Numbered from the stretch's first letter, positions 8,660-18,281 are shown. The stretch is DNA of 64,000 bases from an uncultured Gemmatimonadaceae bacterium (GCA_963740355.1 CAVUDW010000003.1:352001-416000), one strand, 5' to 3'. Numbers and translations are program-made. The notes: generated by a model not told the origin, from the letters alone.

Positions 8660-10950
8660 GTCAGCCCCCGACGACGACGAAGCACCCATTCGCCAGCCAG
8701 CAGCAGCAACAACAGGATCAGCACCAGCGGCGCATCCCACAGGTCGAGTCGACGTACCGACGTCGCGCCACTGGGGCTGTAGGTCAGGTCGCGTGCAACA
8801 TCGGTCGCGCGCTCCGGCGTGTACATCTTGCCACCCGTCTCGCGGGCAAGCTGATCGAGTAGTCCATCACGGCGTTCGGCACCGAAGTATTCCTCCGTCG
8901 GCTCCGCCACACGCAGGTATGTCAACGGCGCAAGTGTCGTGTCCGCGCCAGCGATGGCCCGCACGCGCACTGCATGAACGCCGTCGGCAGCGGGCACGAA
9001 AGAGCCGGAGTATTCGCCATCGCGATCGATGGCCCAGTCGAACGGAATCTCCTGCACTGCGCCGCCAGGGCCAGTGACGGTCGCCGTCACCGACGCTCCG
9101 TTGCGGCGGAGGTAGCCACTGTCGCGCACGATCGCGCGCAACGGCACTGCGTCGCCCGATCCGGTTTCCTCATCGGCCACTGCCTCCACCCGATCGGGAA
9201 CATCGTTCACCAGCCAGCGAAGCATCTGCCGCCAGAGTCGCTCGTGTGTGGAGTCATCCACGGCAATGTCGGCGTGCATCTGCCAGAGCCAATCATCCTG
9301 CGCACCAAATGCCAATACCCGGCCACGCCCATATCGCTGCGCGGCGAGCAATGGACGAGTCAGGCCGCGGTCGCCAGAGCGGCCCTGCAGGAGTACCGTC
9401 GCACCCGGCTTGGCGCGCGTCAACAGATTCACCGACGTCAGTGCCGGCAAAGTCTTCCATCGCAACGCCACCAGGGAATCGGTGGCGGCCACCTGCAGCG
9501 CCGGATGTCGCATCCCGTCCACCGTCGGCACCGCCGTCACCTCCACCAGCCGTTCCTCCTCACTGCGCGTACTGACTTCCATGTCGACGGGCATCAGGTC
9601 CGACAGCGGGGTGCCGACATAGCCCCCTTCGGCGAAAGACTCGCGACCACCGAGCAAAAGCAAGCCACCACCCCGCTCGGATACGAAGTCGCTCATCATC
9701 CGCAGCTGGTCGCCCGTGAAGAACGACGCCTCGATCGATCCGAGCACGATCGCGCGATATCCAAACAATTGCGCGCGCGAGGTCGGGAAGCCGTTGACGA
9801 GTTCGAGCGAGTCATCGACGCCGAGGCGGAGATACTTGTCCTTCGCCGAGCGCAGTAGTGTCACCAGTTGCAACTGCTCGTCGCCGGCAACGGCACGCCG
9901 CGCGAACTTCACCTCGGGACGGGGCTCACCTTCCACATAGAGCACCTTCTCGCGCCGGTCACGCACGGTGAGCAGTGCACGTCGCACGTTGTTTTCAGCA
10001 ATCAATTCACCGTTCTGCACTGGCACGCGCACCGTGAGCAATCGTGCGCCTGGCTCAGGCGTCGGAATGCGGAGCCTGACCGGAGTGGACTCCGCGTCGC
10101 GTGACAACGTGACGGTAGCCGTGGCGACAATTCGGCCGGAGTCTTCGACGACGAGTGGCAGTGAGGCGCCATCGAAGCCTCGGTGGGTCACGACCACGTC
10201 GAGCAGTACCGTGGCGTTGCGCAGCGCCGTTCGCGGGCCACCAAGCGAGGCGATCTCGATGTCCTTCGAGAATCTCGTGCTGCCGATTCCAACGGGATAC
10301 ACCGGCACGCCACGCGCGCGCAGTGTGGCCACCTGATCGGCGATGGAGGCGGCGTTCTCGCCAGCGCTGCCATTCTCTGCGCCATCGGTGAGTACCACCA
10401 CACCACTCAGCGGAGTGCTGGCGAGTTCGTCTTCGACCCGCGTGATGGCGCCGAGCAATCGTGTCCGTGCGCCATCGAAGTTCAGTGCGGCGACACCTGG
10501 CACACGCCCCGACGCGCTGGTGCGATACACACGAACCTGGTAGCGCTCGGCCAGCGCGCGGAGCAGCGCACTGTCGGGCCCACCGGCCAGCGCTCTGGCC
10601 GTCTGCGCGCGCGGCTGGCCGTCGACGTCAGCGACTCGCATGGATCGGGAGTCATCCACGAGCACGGCCACCACGTTGCGCTGGGCGAGTGACTCGGCGA
10701 CCACGAGCACGGGTCGACAGAGACACCACGCGAGCAGGGCGACGCTGCCGAGCCGCAGGGTACCGAGGGCGAAGCGGGCAGCTCCGGAAAGCGGTCGTCC
10801 CGGTCGCATCAGGCCCCAGATCGCCAAGGCGAACGCCAACGACGCCACCAGCAGCACAGCCCAGACCGGGACGACCGGGTCGTAGGCGAGTGCACCCTTG
10901 GCAAAAGCGGCTGGCCGATACTTGAGGAGAAATTCGACGACCGAGTCCAC
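8656..10950 (-). CDS. Membrane protein with VWA-like and class I glutamine-amidotransferase-like domains
   Basis: VLVDDSRSM, VVLTDG, VLYVEGEPR, GGGLLLLGG, YGRGRV; C-terminal 'AGEWVLRRRRGL'. Confidence 0.85.
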   Translation of the reverse strand: MDSVVEFLLKYRPAAFAKGALAYDPVVPVWAVLLVASLAFALAIWGLMRPGRPLSGAARFALGTLRLGSVALLAWCLCRPVLVVAESLAQRNVVAVLVDDSRSMRVADVDGQPRAQTARALAGGPDSALLRALAERYQVRVYRTSASGRVPGVAALNFDGARTRLLGAITRVEDELASTPLSGVVVLTDGAENGSAGENAASIADQVATLRARGVPVYPVGIGSTRFSKDIEIASLGGPRTALRNATVLLDVVVTHRGFDGASLPLVVEDSGRIVATATVTLSRDAESTPVRLRIPTPEPGARLLTVRVPVQNGELIAENNVRRALLTVRDRREKVLYVEGEPRPEVKFARRAVAGDEQLQLVTLLRSAKDKYLRLGVDDSLELVNGFPTSRAQLFGYRAIVLGSIEASFFTGDQLRMMSDFVSERGGGLLLLGGRESFAEGGYVGTPLSDLMPVDMEVSTRSEEERLVEVTAVPTVDGMRHPALQVAATDSLVALRWKTLPALTSVNLLTRAKPGATVLLQGRSGDRGLTRPLLAAQRYGRGRVLAFGAQDDWLWQMHADIAVDDSTHERLWRQMLRWLVNDVPDRVEAVADEETGSGDAVPLRAIVRDSGYLRRNGASVTATVTGPGGAVQEIPFDWAIDRDGEYSGSFVPAADGVHAVRVRAIAGADTTLAPLTYLRVAEPTEEYFGAERRDGLLDQLARETGGKMYTPERATDVARDLTYSPSGATSVRRLDLWDAPLVLILLLLLLAGEWVLRRRRGLT

Positions 10951-11297
10951 GTGTGTTGGATTTCCTCGGGCTGGACTTGTGCGGGACTCTGCCGTTCAAC
11001 GCGGCAGGGCTCGATGTCGTTCGTGGGCGCGGAGGCAAGCCTGAGTCAACTTGAAACACGCGGTGCCCGGAATGATGGGCCGACGAGGTTCCCAGCAGGA
11101 CCCGTGGAACACGGATGTGGTACAGCGCTTGCGTTCGTTAGAGCACGGTCGTAGCATCCAGATGTTGACCACATGCGCGAACGCAGCGCTTGCCTGATCG
11201 ATTGAGCGAAGTTGGCTCAGAAGATGATGGCGCGAGCAGCCCCCTCCGGGCCGCCCGCGCCATTTTGCGTTTCAATCACTTAGAAAGGGGAGTTCTC

Positions 11298-11657
11298 GTG
11301 TCAAAGCATTTGTCAGTAGCCCTGCTCGCCGCCATCGCGACCATCAGCATCGCGGCACCGCTCTCAGCCCAGAAGCGCAGCACCGTTGACGCCAGCGCCC
11401 TCGAAGTCGCCGTGGCCTCGCGCCCGGAGACCAGCCGCAAGGTCGTCACCTCGGCCCTCACGTCGAGCAACGCCCTGTCCGTCGCCGCTGGCATGGGCCT
11501 GAGCCCGGAAGCTGTCGCGACGCGCATCGCTGCGCTGGATGACGCCTCCGCCCAGAAGGTTGCGGACCAGATCCTGGCCGGTGGCGATTCGACCGTGGTC
11601 ATCAGCACCACGGCAATCATCATTGGCTTGTTGATCCTGATTCTGCTCACCCGCTAA
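11298..11657 (+). CDS. PA2779-like exported small protein with a GG motif and hydrophobic C-terminus
   Basis: RBS AAGGGGAG before GTG 11298; signal peptide; '..RIAALDDASAQKVADQILAGG-DSTVVISTTAIIIGLLILILLTR'. Confidence 0.7.
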   Translation: MSKHLSVALLAAIATISIAAPLSAQKRSTVDASALEVAVASRPETSRKVVTSALTSSNALSVAAGMGLSPEAVATRIAALDDASAQKVADQILAGGDSTVVISTTAIIIGLLILILLTR

Positions 11658-11678
11658 TAGCGCGGTTTGCTCGTGACG

Positions 11679-13767
11679 ATGCGCACTGGCCGCTGGCTGG
11701 TGCTCCTGCTGGCGATGTTCACTGCGTCGTGTGCCACGTTGAGGATGCCGGCTGCCCCCGCGGCAGGCGTGCGTCCTGATGAACCGCTCGTCCTGCAGGT
11801 CCCGTACGTGTCACAGTCAGAATTACTCTGTGGCGGCGCCGCCATCGCGATGATCGAGCGATGGTGGGGCCGTCGCGGCGTGTATGCCGAAGAATTCCAG
11901 CACCTGGTGCGGCCAGCAGATGGCGGCATTCTCACCACCGACATGATCGCGGTGATGCGCAGCCGCGGCTGGGACGCGCAGGCGCAGCGATCCACCGCGG
12001 CCGCAGTGCAGCAGTCGATCACTGACAGCATGCCAGTCATCGCGCTCATCAAGGTGTCCGCGAACCGCTATCACTACGTGGTGATCATCGGCTGGTCCGC
12101 CGCGGAGGTCACGTACCACGACCCTGCTGTCGCACCGGCAGTCACGGTGCGCTTGGCTGAGTTTCTGCGCCGCTGGGCTGGCGCAAACGAGTGGGCGATG
12201 ATCGTGCGCCCCGCTGCGGTTGCGGCGGCAGATCTCACTGCACCGGCTCCTTCCGCCCCGTCGACACAGGCGGTCACGGCCTCGATCGATTCTCTGCCCT
12301 GCCGTCCCTGGCTCGATCAGGCAGCCGATGCCGCAGCCGCCAATCGCCTCGACCAGGCCGAGCAGTTGCTCGCTGGTGCGGCACTCGCGTGTCCATCGGA
12401 GCCGCTGGTGTTGCGCGAGCTGGCGGGCGTGCGATTCCGTCAGGGGCGTCGCCCGGAAGCCGTTGTGTTGGCCAGACGAATACTCCCGTCGTGCACCAGC
12501 CGACACGCTGGGCTGGCAACTGCTCGCCAGCAGTCGGTATCTGGTTGGCGACGCGGCGGGCGCATTGCTGGCATGGAATACCATCGGCCGGCCCACCGTC
12601 GACCTGCTGCGTATCGACGGTAGCCACCACATACGATTCCGCGCCTTGGCCGATGGCATCGACGTGCAGCCGGGTGAAGTCCTGACGCCATCGCGCCTGA
12701 AGTTGGCGCAACGTCGGCTGTCGGATATCCCGGCACTCACAACGACGAAGGTGACATACGCCGCTGTGACAGGCGGTGTCGTCGAAGTCCGTGGCGTGGT
12801 GACGGAGCGACCGCTGACCGAGCCGCTCGGTCCCGTGCTGGTGATCAGTGCGATCCGTGCCGCCGTGCGTCAGAGCGTGACGCTGTCGGCAAGCACACCA
12901 CTCGGGCGGGGAGAGGTGTGGGCAGTGCAATGGCGGTGGCAGCCTGCAGAGCCACGCGTTGCGCTTCGCGTCGCGATCCCGACGCGGATAGGCATCCCGG
13001 CGATTGTGCGTTTCGAACGGAGTTGGGACATGTATCGCTTCTCCGGTAGCACGGCCCAGGAGCAGCGCAGTTCGTCGTCAGCGTCGCTCGCCGGCTGGTT
13101 GCGTCCGAATTACGAGCAGCTCCTCGGCGCGCGCTTCGAGCGTTGGACCGACGTGGGCAATTTCGCGGCGATTTCGACCAGTGGCGCGTGGCATACGGCC
13201 AACGATCAGGTCCTGCTACTCGGCGAGGTGGAGCATGCGTTCCCGATCAGTGCTGCGAAGGCGTACGATCGACTGACCTCGCGGCTCGTCTGGACGATGC
13301 CACCTGACCGTTGGTCGAACGATTGGTCGATGCGACTCGGCGCCGATGTGACGAGCGCGAACACTCCACTCGGCGTGTCACCGATCGCGGGCGGCAATTT
13401 TTCGCGTGACATTCCTCTCCGCGCCCATCCCATCATCGTCGACAACCGCTTGCCGTCGGCGCGTATCGGTCGCGCGATCGTGCACGGAGGCATCGCGGCC
13501 GATCGACAGCTGGCGACCCTCGGTCGGATCGCACTGGGCGCGGGGGTGTTCGTGGATGGCGCCCAGGTGCGGACGGCGGTCAGCGGCGCGGAACGCAACC
13601 CGCTTTACGTCGATGCGGGCGCTGGGTTGCTCGTCGGTCTCGCTGGCGCCAAGTGGACGACGCTACGCTTCGACGTCGCGAGAGGGTTGGTGGCCGATCA
13701 GCGCTGGGGCGTGAGCGTTGGCATTGCACAGGCACGCGGGCTGCGGCTCGGCAGGGCGAGACCCTGA
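11679..13767 (+). CDS. C39-family cysteine peptidase lipoprotein fused to TPR, POTRA-like and beta-barrel-like domains; one +1 frameshift near 12470
   Basis: Lipobox-like FTAS-C; VPYVSQSELLCG, HYVVIIG, YHDP in the 11667 frame. The TPR continues in the 12220 frame (..VVLA/DEYSRRAPADTLGW), then a POTRA-like segment and amphipathic strands. Confidence 0.7.
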
Positions 13768-13815
13768 GTGCCGCGAGCGAAAAACGGCAACCTGTCCATT
13801 GCCGTTCTGCGCCCG

Positions 13816-14448
13816 CTACAAGTGCTCTTCCACTCGCAGGTAGGCACCGGACGTGATGAGCCGAATGAGGACGTCGCGGTTCCCGCGATTTCTCCAGAAC
13901 CAGCCGTGATTTCCCTTGAATCCGGCAACCAGTTCACCTGAATCCGCCGCTGCGGCCTGCCCCTTCTTGTAGCTCACGAACCAGTCCTTCGGGGCGTTGG
14001 TGGAATCGCCGTGCATGTCGAAGTTCACTGCGCCTCCAGTCACGGTCCACTGATAGTTCACGCGCGTTCCGGCATCCATCACGAGCTTGACTTCGCCGCC
14101 TTTCGTGGGTCGCAGCGTGACCAGCGTGGTGTCGGTTCGCACCGCTGCAGTCGCCGTCGAAGTCGCCGCCGCGTCGCTCGCGGGCGCACTCGCTTCCGAC
14201 GCCGCAATCACCGAGTCAGCCGAGGCCTCGGCCGCCGCATTGCTCGCCGCCTCCTCGGCCAGGGCGAGCTTCACCTCACCCATCTGTGTCAGGCCAAGAA
14301 GCCGACCGATGCCGGTCAGGTCCTTCCCGTATTCAGCGGGCAAGACACAGGTCACCAGCAGCACGATCGCCACCAGCAGCGCGATCAGTGTCGAGCGAAG
14401 CAGCGAGCGGCCCGAGGGCGTCTCGTTCGGTGAGATCGGAGCGCTCAT
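13816..14448 (-). CDS. Transmembrane-anchor protein commonly found beside HupE/UreJ
   Basis: Single TM + VLPAEYGKDLTGIGRLLGL; C-terminal FDMHGD...GNHGWFWRNR; ATGA overlap with the hupE-like gene. Confidence 0.75.
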   Translation of the reverse strand: MSAPISPNETPSGRSLLRSTLIALLVAIVLLVTCVLPAEYGKDLTGIGRLLGLTQMGEVKLALAEEAASNAAAEASADSVIAASEASAPASDAAATSTATAAVRTDTTLVTLRPTKGGEVKLVMDAGTRVNYQWTVTGGAVNFDMHGDSTNAPKDWFVSYKKGQAAAADSGELVAGFKGNHGWFWRNRGNRDVLIRLITSGAYLRVEEHL

Positions 14449-15143
14449 GTAGCCGGTTGCATGATGAAGTATCCCGCCAGCTGGAATCCGACCAGCACGA
14501 ATCCAGCGGTCATGATGGCGACGTTCGCGCCGTAGGCGAGGGGGCGAAAGCTGGAGGTGCGCCGCCAGTGATTCATCGCGATCAGGATCGCGCTCAACGC
14601 CAGCACTTGTCCGATCTCCACGCCGACGTTGAAGGCGACGAGGTTCGGGACGAGTCCATCCTTGGCCATGTTGAAGTCGAGGATCTTGGTGGCCAGGCCG
14701 AAGCCATGGAAGAAGCCGAAGATCAGCGTTGCCGCTCGCGCGTCAGGGCTGACGCCGAACCAGGTCTTGAACGCGCCGAGATTCTCGAGCGCCTTGTAGA
14801 CCACCGACAGCCCGATGACGGCATCGACCAGGTACGCGTTCACCGTGACGTGCAGCAATACGCCAAGCAGCAGCGTCGTGGAATGACCGATGGCGAAGAG
14901 CGTCACGTAGAGCGCGACGTCCTTCAATCGGTACAGGTAGAAGATCACGCCAAGCAGGAACAGCAGGTGGTCGTAGCCCGTGACCATGTGCTTGGCGCCG
15001 AGATAGGCGAACGGGATCAGCAGCACACCGCTGCTCTGCTGAATGAAGCCCTTGTCGCCGGCGGCGACCCCATGCGCCATCAAGCGTGGCGCAAGCCCCG
15101 CCAGCATGACCAGCGCGAGCACCAGCCGTTGGACAAGGCGCAC
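14445..15143 (-). CDS. HupE/UreJ family Ni/Co transporter-like protein
   Basis: Signal ending AHG; GAKHMVTGYDHLLFL, FAIGHSTTL, FGFFHGFGLA, FNVGVEIGQ. Confidence 0.92.
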   Translation of the reverse strand: MRLVQRLVLALVMLAGLAPRLMAHGVAAGDKGFIQQSSGVLLIPFAYLGAKHMVTGYDHLLFLLGVIFYLYRLKDVALYVTLFAIGHSTTLLLGVLLHVTVNAYLVDAVIGLSVVYKALENLGAFKTWFGVSPDARAATLIFGFFHGFGLATKILDFNMAKDGLVPNLVAFNVGVEIGQVLALSAILIAMNHWRRTSSFRPLAYGANVAIMTAGFVLVGFQLAGYFIMQPAT

Positions 15144-15144
15144 G

Positions 15145-15963
15145 TCACTTCACCGCGAACGTGAGCGAGCCCCACTTCGACGCGTGATTCGCTTCTGGAT
15201 CGTTCGCGATCCGCGTCATCGAGATGAACTTGATGAAGTACGTCCCTGTGCGATCGAGCGGAATGCGAATCAGGCCCGCGGCGTCGGAGCGGATGTTGCG
15301 CTGCGCCACGCGGCCGTTCGACGACGACAAGCCGCCATACTGCACGAACTGATTCGCAACCGGCTTGCCATCCACCAGCACACGCACCGACAGCGTCGCG
15401 CCGACCTTCAGGGCGTAGGGATTTTCCACCGGCACCAACTCGGCCGGATAGCCCAGGACGGTGTTGAAGGCAGCGCTTGGCGTTGCACCGACCTGCACCA
15501 GCGCCTTCACGTGCTTCTGGTAGCGTTCCTTCGACCGTTCCTCGAGGCGATTCTGCGCGCGCCGTGCGGCGAGTTCGTCCGGAATGCCATCCGAGCGCAG
15601 GTAGGCATTGAAATCCTTGCCGCTCATCTCGAGCACGCGCGGCTTGGTCGACACCCCGACGACATACGTGCCAGCCGCGCCAGTGCGCAGCGGGAACACG
15701 CTCGTGTCGCCCGCTGCATTCCACTGTGCCACATCGACCTTGGCACGGCCCGCTGGTGACACCACTGCAATGTCAGCGAGGCGATCAGGCGTGATCGAGT
15801 TCTCGGAGAGAATGAAGGTGCCGTTGAACAGCTTCACGTTCACTGTCGTGTTCGGGGCCACGAAGAACTGTTCGAGGCGCAGGAACATGTCGTGCGCGAA
15901 GAGCGGCGTGGCCACGAAGGTGAGGGCCACGAGGATCGACGCGCGTCGGGAGGAGGGTCGCAT
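15145..15963 (-). CDS. DUF4198 domain periplasmic protein (NikM-like, putative Ni/Co binding)
   Basis: Signal peptide ending 'LFA-HDMFL' (mature N-terminal His); LGYPAELVPVENPY; C-terminal 'WGSLTF'. Start trimmed to ATG 15963. Confidence 0.88.
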   Translation of the reverse strand: MRPSSRRASILVALTFVATPLFAHDMFLRLEQFFVAPNTTVNVKLFNGTFILSENSITPDRLADIAVVSPAGRAKVDVAQWNAAGDTSVFPLRTGAAGTYVVGVSTKPRVLEMSGKDFNAYLRSDGIPDELAARRAQNRLEERSKERYQKHVKALVQVGATPSAAFNTVLGYPAELVPVENPYALKVGATLSVRVLVDGKPVANQFVQYGGLSSSNGRVAQRNIRSDAAGLIRIPLDRTGTYFIKFISMTRIANDPEANHASKWGSLTFAVK

Positions 15964-16161
15964 GTGACAAGTCGGGTGGGGAGAATCGGCGACAGAGGCA
16001 TCACGAACTGGCACGACGTCGACGGCGCGAGCCATCGGGTCGCCTACAACAGACTCTTCCGTATCGGGTGCGCCGATCCGCGCCACTCGGTCGCGGTCGT
16101 CGCCCTCACGGCCTGCAATCAATTGTACCTTTCGCGCCGACGATACCACCTGAGGCTGCCA

Positions 16162-16776
16162 ATGAACCGGAAGTTGCACTGGGAGACGGTGTACGAAACC
16201 AAGGCATCGTCAGACGTCAGCTGGTTTCAGGCAGTCCCGACGCGCTCCCTCGAGCTGATTGCCGCAACCGGGACCACACCGAGCACTGCGATCATCGACA
16301 TCGGTGGCGGCGACTCTTCCCTGGTCGACGCCTTGCTGCAGCTTGGCCACCAACGGGTGACGGTCCTCGATCTCTCCCTTGCGGCGCTCGAGCGTGCACA
16401 GCTGCGACTCGGTGCTCGGGCGGCAGACGTGACCTGGATCGAGGCCGACATCACTCAGGCCGAGCTCCCCGCCGCATTCTACGACGTCTGGCATGACCGC
16501 GCGGTGTTTCACTTTCTGACGGCAGCGGAGGACCGGCAGCGCTACGTCCAGACGGCCGCCGAGGCGATTCGCCCGGGCGGCACGATGATCATCGGGACCT
16601 TCGCGCTGGATGGACCGCTGCGCTGCAGTGGCCTCGAGGTGGCCCGGTACGACCCTGAGACGCTCGCGGCCGAGTTTGCGCCCGCCTTCGATCTCGCCCG
16701 TGGGTTTGCCGATGTGCACACGACACCGTGGGGCGCGGAGCAGCGGTTCACGTTTGTGGTGCTGGTGCGCCGATAG
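16162..16776 (+). CDS. Class I SAM-dependent methyltransferase (TPMT-like)
   Basis: HWETVY, IIDIGGGDS, YDVWHDRAVFHFL, CSGL. Start at ATG 16162. Confidence 0.92.
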   Translation: MNRKLHWETVYETKASSDVSWFQAVPTRSLELIAATGTTPSTAIIDIGGGDSSLVDALLQLGHQRVTVLDLSLAALERAQLRLGARAADVTWIEADITQAELPAAFYDVWHDRAVFHFLTAAEDRQRYVQTAAEAIRPGGTMIIGTFALDGPLRCSGLEVARYDPETLAAEFAPAFDLARGFADVHTTPWGAEQRFTFVVLVRR

Positions 16777-16816
16777 CGCCGCCGCCGCCCATGTCGTCGG
16801 CGCGACATCCGGAAAT

Positions 16817-16979
16817 CCGGTGACAGTGCACGATTTCGAAATCCGGTGACAGTGCACGGTTTAACCGGACAAAAACCGGTGACAGTGCACAGTTTCGAAA
16901 TCCGGTGACAGTGCACGGTTTCGAAATCCGGTGACAGTGCACGGTTTCCCCGTTTTCGAATTGTGTGCACTGTCACCGG
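16817..16979. repeat. Tandem cluster of the REP-like 15-mer CCGGTGACAGTGCAC: five direct copies and one inverted copy
   Basis: Direct copies at 16817, 16843, 16876, 16902, 16928 (periods 26/33/26/26); inverted copy at 16965-16979; degenerate GTCACCGGTTTGGGC tail to about 17006. Confidence 0.95.
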
Positions 16980-17027
16980 TTTGGGCGTCACCGGTTTGGG
17001 CACCGGCGCCCATGCAGCTCCTTGCGG

Positions 17028-17585
17028 CTACACACGAAGCACTGCCGCCGCCCACTCCGTCGGTTCGACATCGGCCGCCAGCACCCGGTCGACGGCAACG
17101 ATCACGCGGTCCTGCTGCAGGCGAAGTGCAAAACGATCGAGGTCGGGGGTGCGCCGACCGCTCGCGCGACGCCCATCCGTCATGAAGCGCACCTTGTGCT
17201 TGGGACAGTAGAAGCGATTCTCGGCTGGCGTCCACTCCAGCAGCCGCCCCTTGTGGGGGCACTCGAGCGAAAAGGCGAACAGCTGGCGGCTGGTCCGAAC
17301 CAGGCAGACGCGGTTCTCGACGTCCACCCAGACGCCGTCGACTGCCGGCAAGGCGTACGACCGCTCGATCTTGTCGACGGCAAGGGCAGTCACCTCTCCA
17401 ACGCCCGACGCGAATGCGCGCGTCGAGATCAGGCCGCCGGCAAGCAGCGCGGCCCCGATCGCTGTCGCTGCATCCCGCACGAAGCGGCGACGGTCAACAA
17501 CGGCCGGGCAGCCGGCATGGCTGGTATCGCTGGCATCGCTGGGCAATGCCGTCAGCGATCGCATGGTGTGCAGAGACTCCGACAT
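17028..17585 (-). CDS. Tat-exported Rieske [2Fe-2S] protein
   Basis: Twin-arginine DRRRFV; CPH and CPKH ligand boxes; RBS AGGAG before ATG 17585. Confidence 0.9.
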   Translation of the reverse strand: MSESLHTMRSLTALPSDASDTSHAGCPAVVDRRRFVRDAATAIGAALLAGGLISTRAFASGVGEVTALAVDKIERSYALPAVDGVWVDVENRVCLVRTSRQLFAFSLECPHKGRLLEWTPAENRFYCPKHKVRFMTDGRRASGRRTPDLDRFALRLQQDRVIVAVDRVLAADVEPTEWAAAVLRV

Positions 17586-17665
17586 GACGAATGCTCCTGA
17601 TGAATGTTGGGAGGTGCTGGCCGTACTCAGGCTCACATTCGGCTCCCCACACCCACGCCACCATC

Positions 17666-17677
17666 CGACATTCGTCG
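17666..17677. promoter_or_regulatory. Candidate LuxR-type box (CGAC-N4-GTCG) upstream of the Rieske gene
   Basis: Minus-strand CGACGAATGTCGGAT is 13/15 identical to CGACAGATGTCGGAT at 18368. Confidence 0.5.
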
Positions 17678-17729
17678 CGACTCAGTCGATCAGAACACTT
17701 GTGAGTCCTGACCGGCGGGCCGATCTCCC

Positions 17730-18281
17730 CTATTCGTCGACGCTTTGAGCGGGAGGCAGCATCAAACCTCCAAGAAAAAAGGCGGCCAGCTCGGCCCTCC
17801 CCTGCTGTCCGGACTTGCCGTAGACCGTCACCGCGTGCTGTCGGACGGTGCTCTCGCTTCGATTCGTCTGCGCGGCGATCTGCTTGTGACCGTGGCCCTT
17901 GAGCAGCAGAAGCGCGACTTCTCGCTCGCTGGGCGTCAGCCCCCAGTCGTCGAACTGTTCGTCGATCGCGCTGGCGAGGCCCGCGAGCGCCCGTTCGGCC
18001 CGACGTTGCCATGCCATCTGATCGGCCTGGGCCGCGGATAGCGAGCGTTTCGTTGCCTGAAGCGCCTCGGCTGTCGTTCGCCAGGCGCGCCAGAGCAGGA
18101 AGCCGACGCTGGCGCTGACCAGCATGATCCCCACCTCGACCAGCACATGGGCCGAGAGCCATTGGTCCGGCGCATCCAGATAGAGGTCGAACGCACCGGC
18201 CGCGACGACAGCCGCCAGGACGGCGAGCACCGCACGCCGCAACCACAGGTCGTCCTCGAACTCTTCACGCGGGAGTGTCAT
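17730..18281 (-). CDS. Membrane-anchored LuxR-type HTH regulator
   Basis: Two N-terminal TM helices, then WGLTPSEREVALLLLKG..KQIA..SESTVRQH..VYGK. Confidence 0.9.
   Translation of the reverse strand: MTLPREEFEDDLWLRRAVLAVLAAVVAAGAFDLYLDAPDQWLSAHVLVEVGIMLVSASVGFLLWRAWRTTAEALQATKRSLSAAQADQMAWQRRAERALAGLASAIDEQFDDWGLTPSEREVALLLLKGHGHKQIAAQTNRSESTVRQHAVTVYGKSGQQGRAELAAFFLGGLMLPPAQSVDE

Noticed and set aside
3062..9858. Long antisense ORFs (e.g. 3062-4312, 5916-7202, 7902-9077; likewise 23809-25008, 31925-33247, 51803-53356)
   Set aside because: Shadow ORFs opposite well-supported genes, expected from high-GC codon bias; no recognisable motifs.
16817..16979. CRISPR array
   Set aside because: The repeat is only 15 bp, the intervening sequences are 11-18 nt and nearly identical (NNTTTCGAAAT), orientation is mixed, and there are no cas genes.
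16542..17262. ORFs with repeated 'TVHCHRIS' or 'CTVTG' Cys/His motifs (16542-17003, 16748-16942 and others)
   Set aside because: These are translations of the DNA repeat and overlap real genes; they are not metal-binding peptides.
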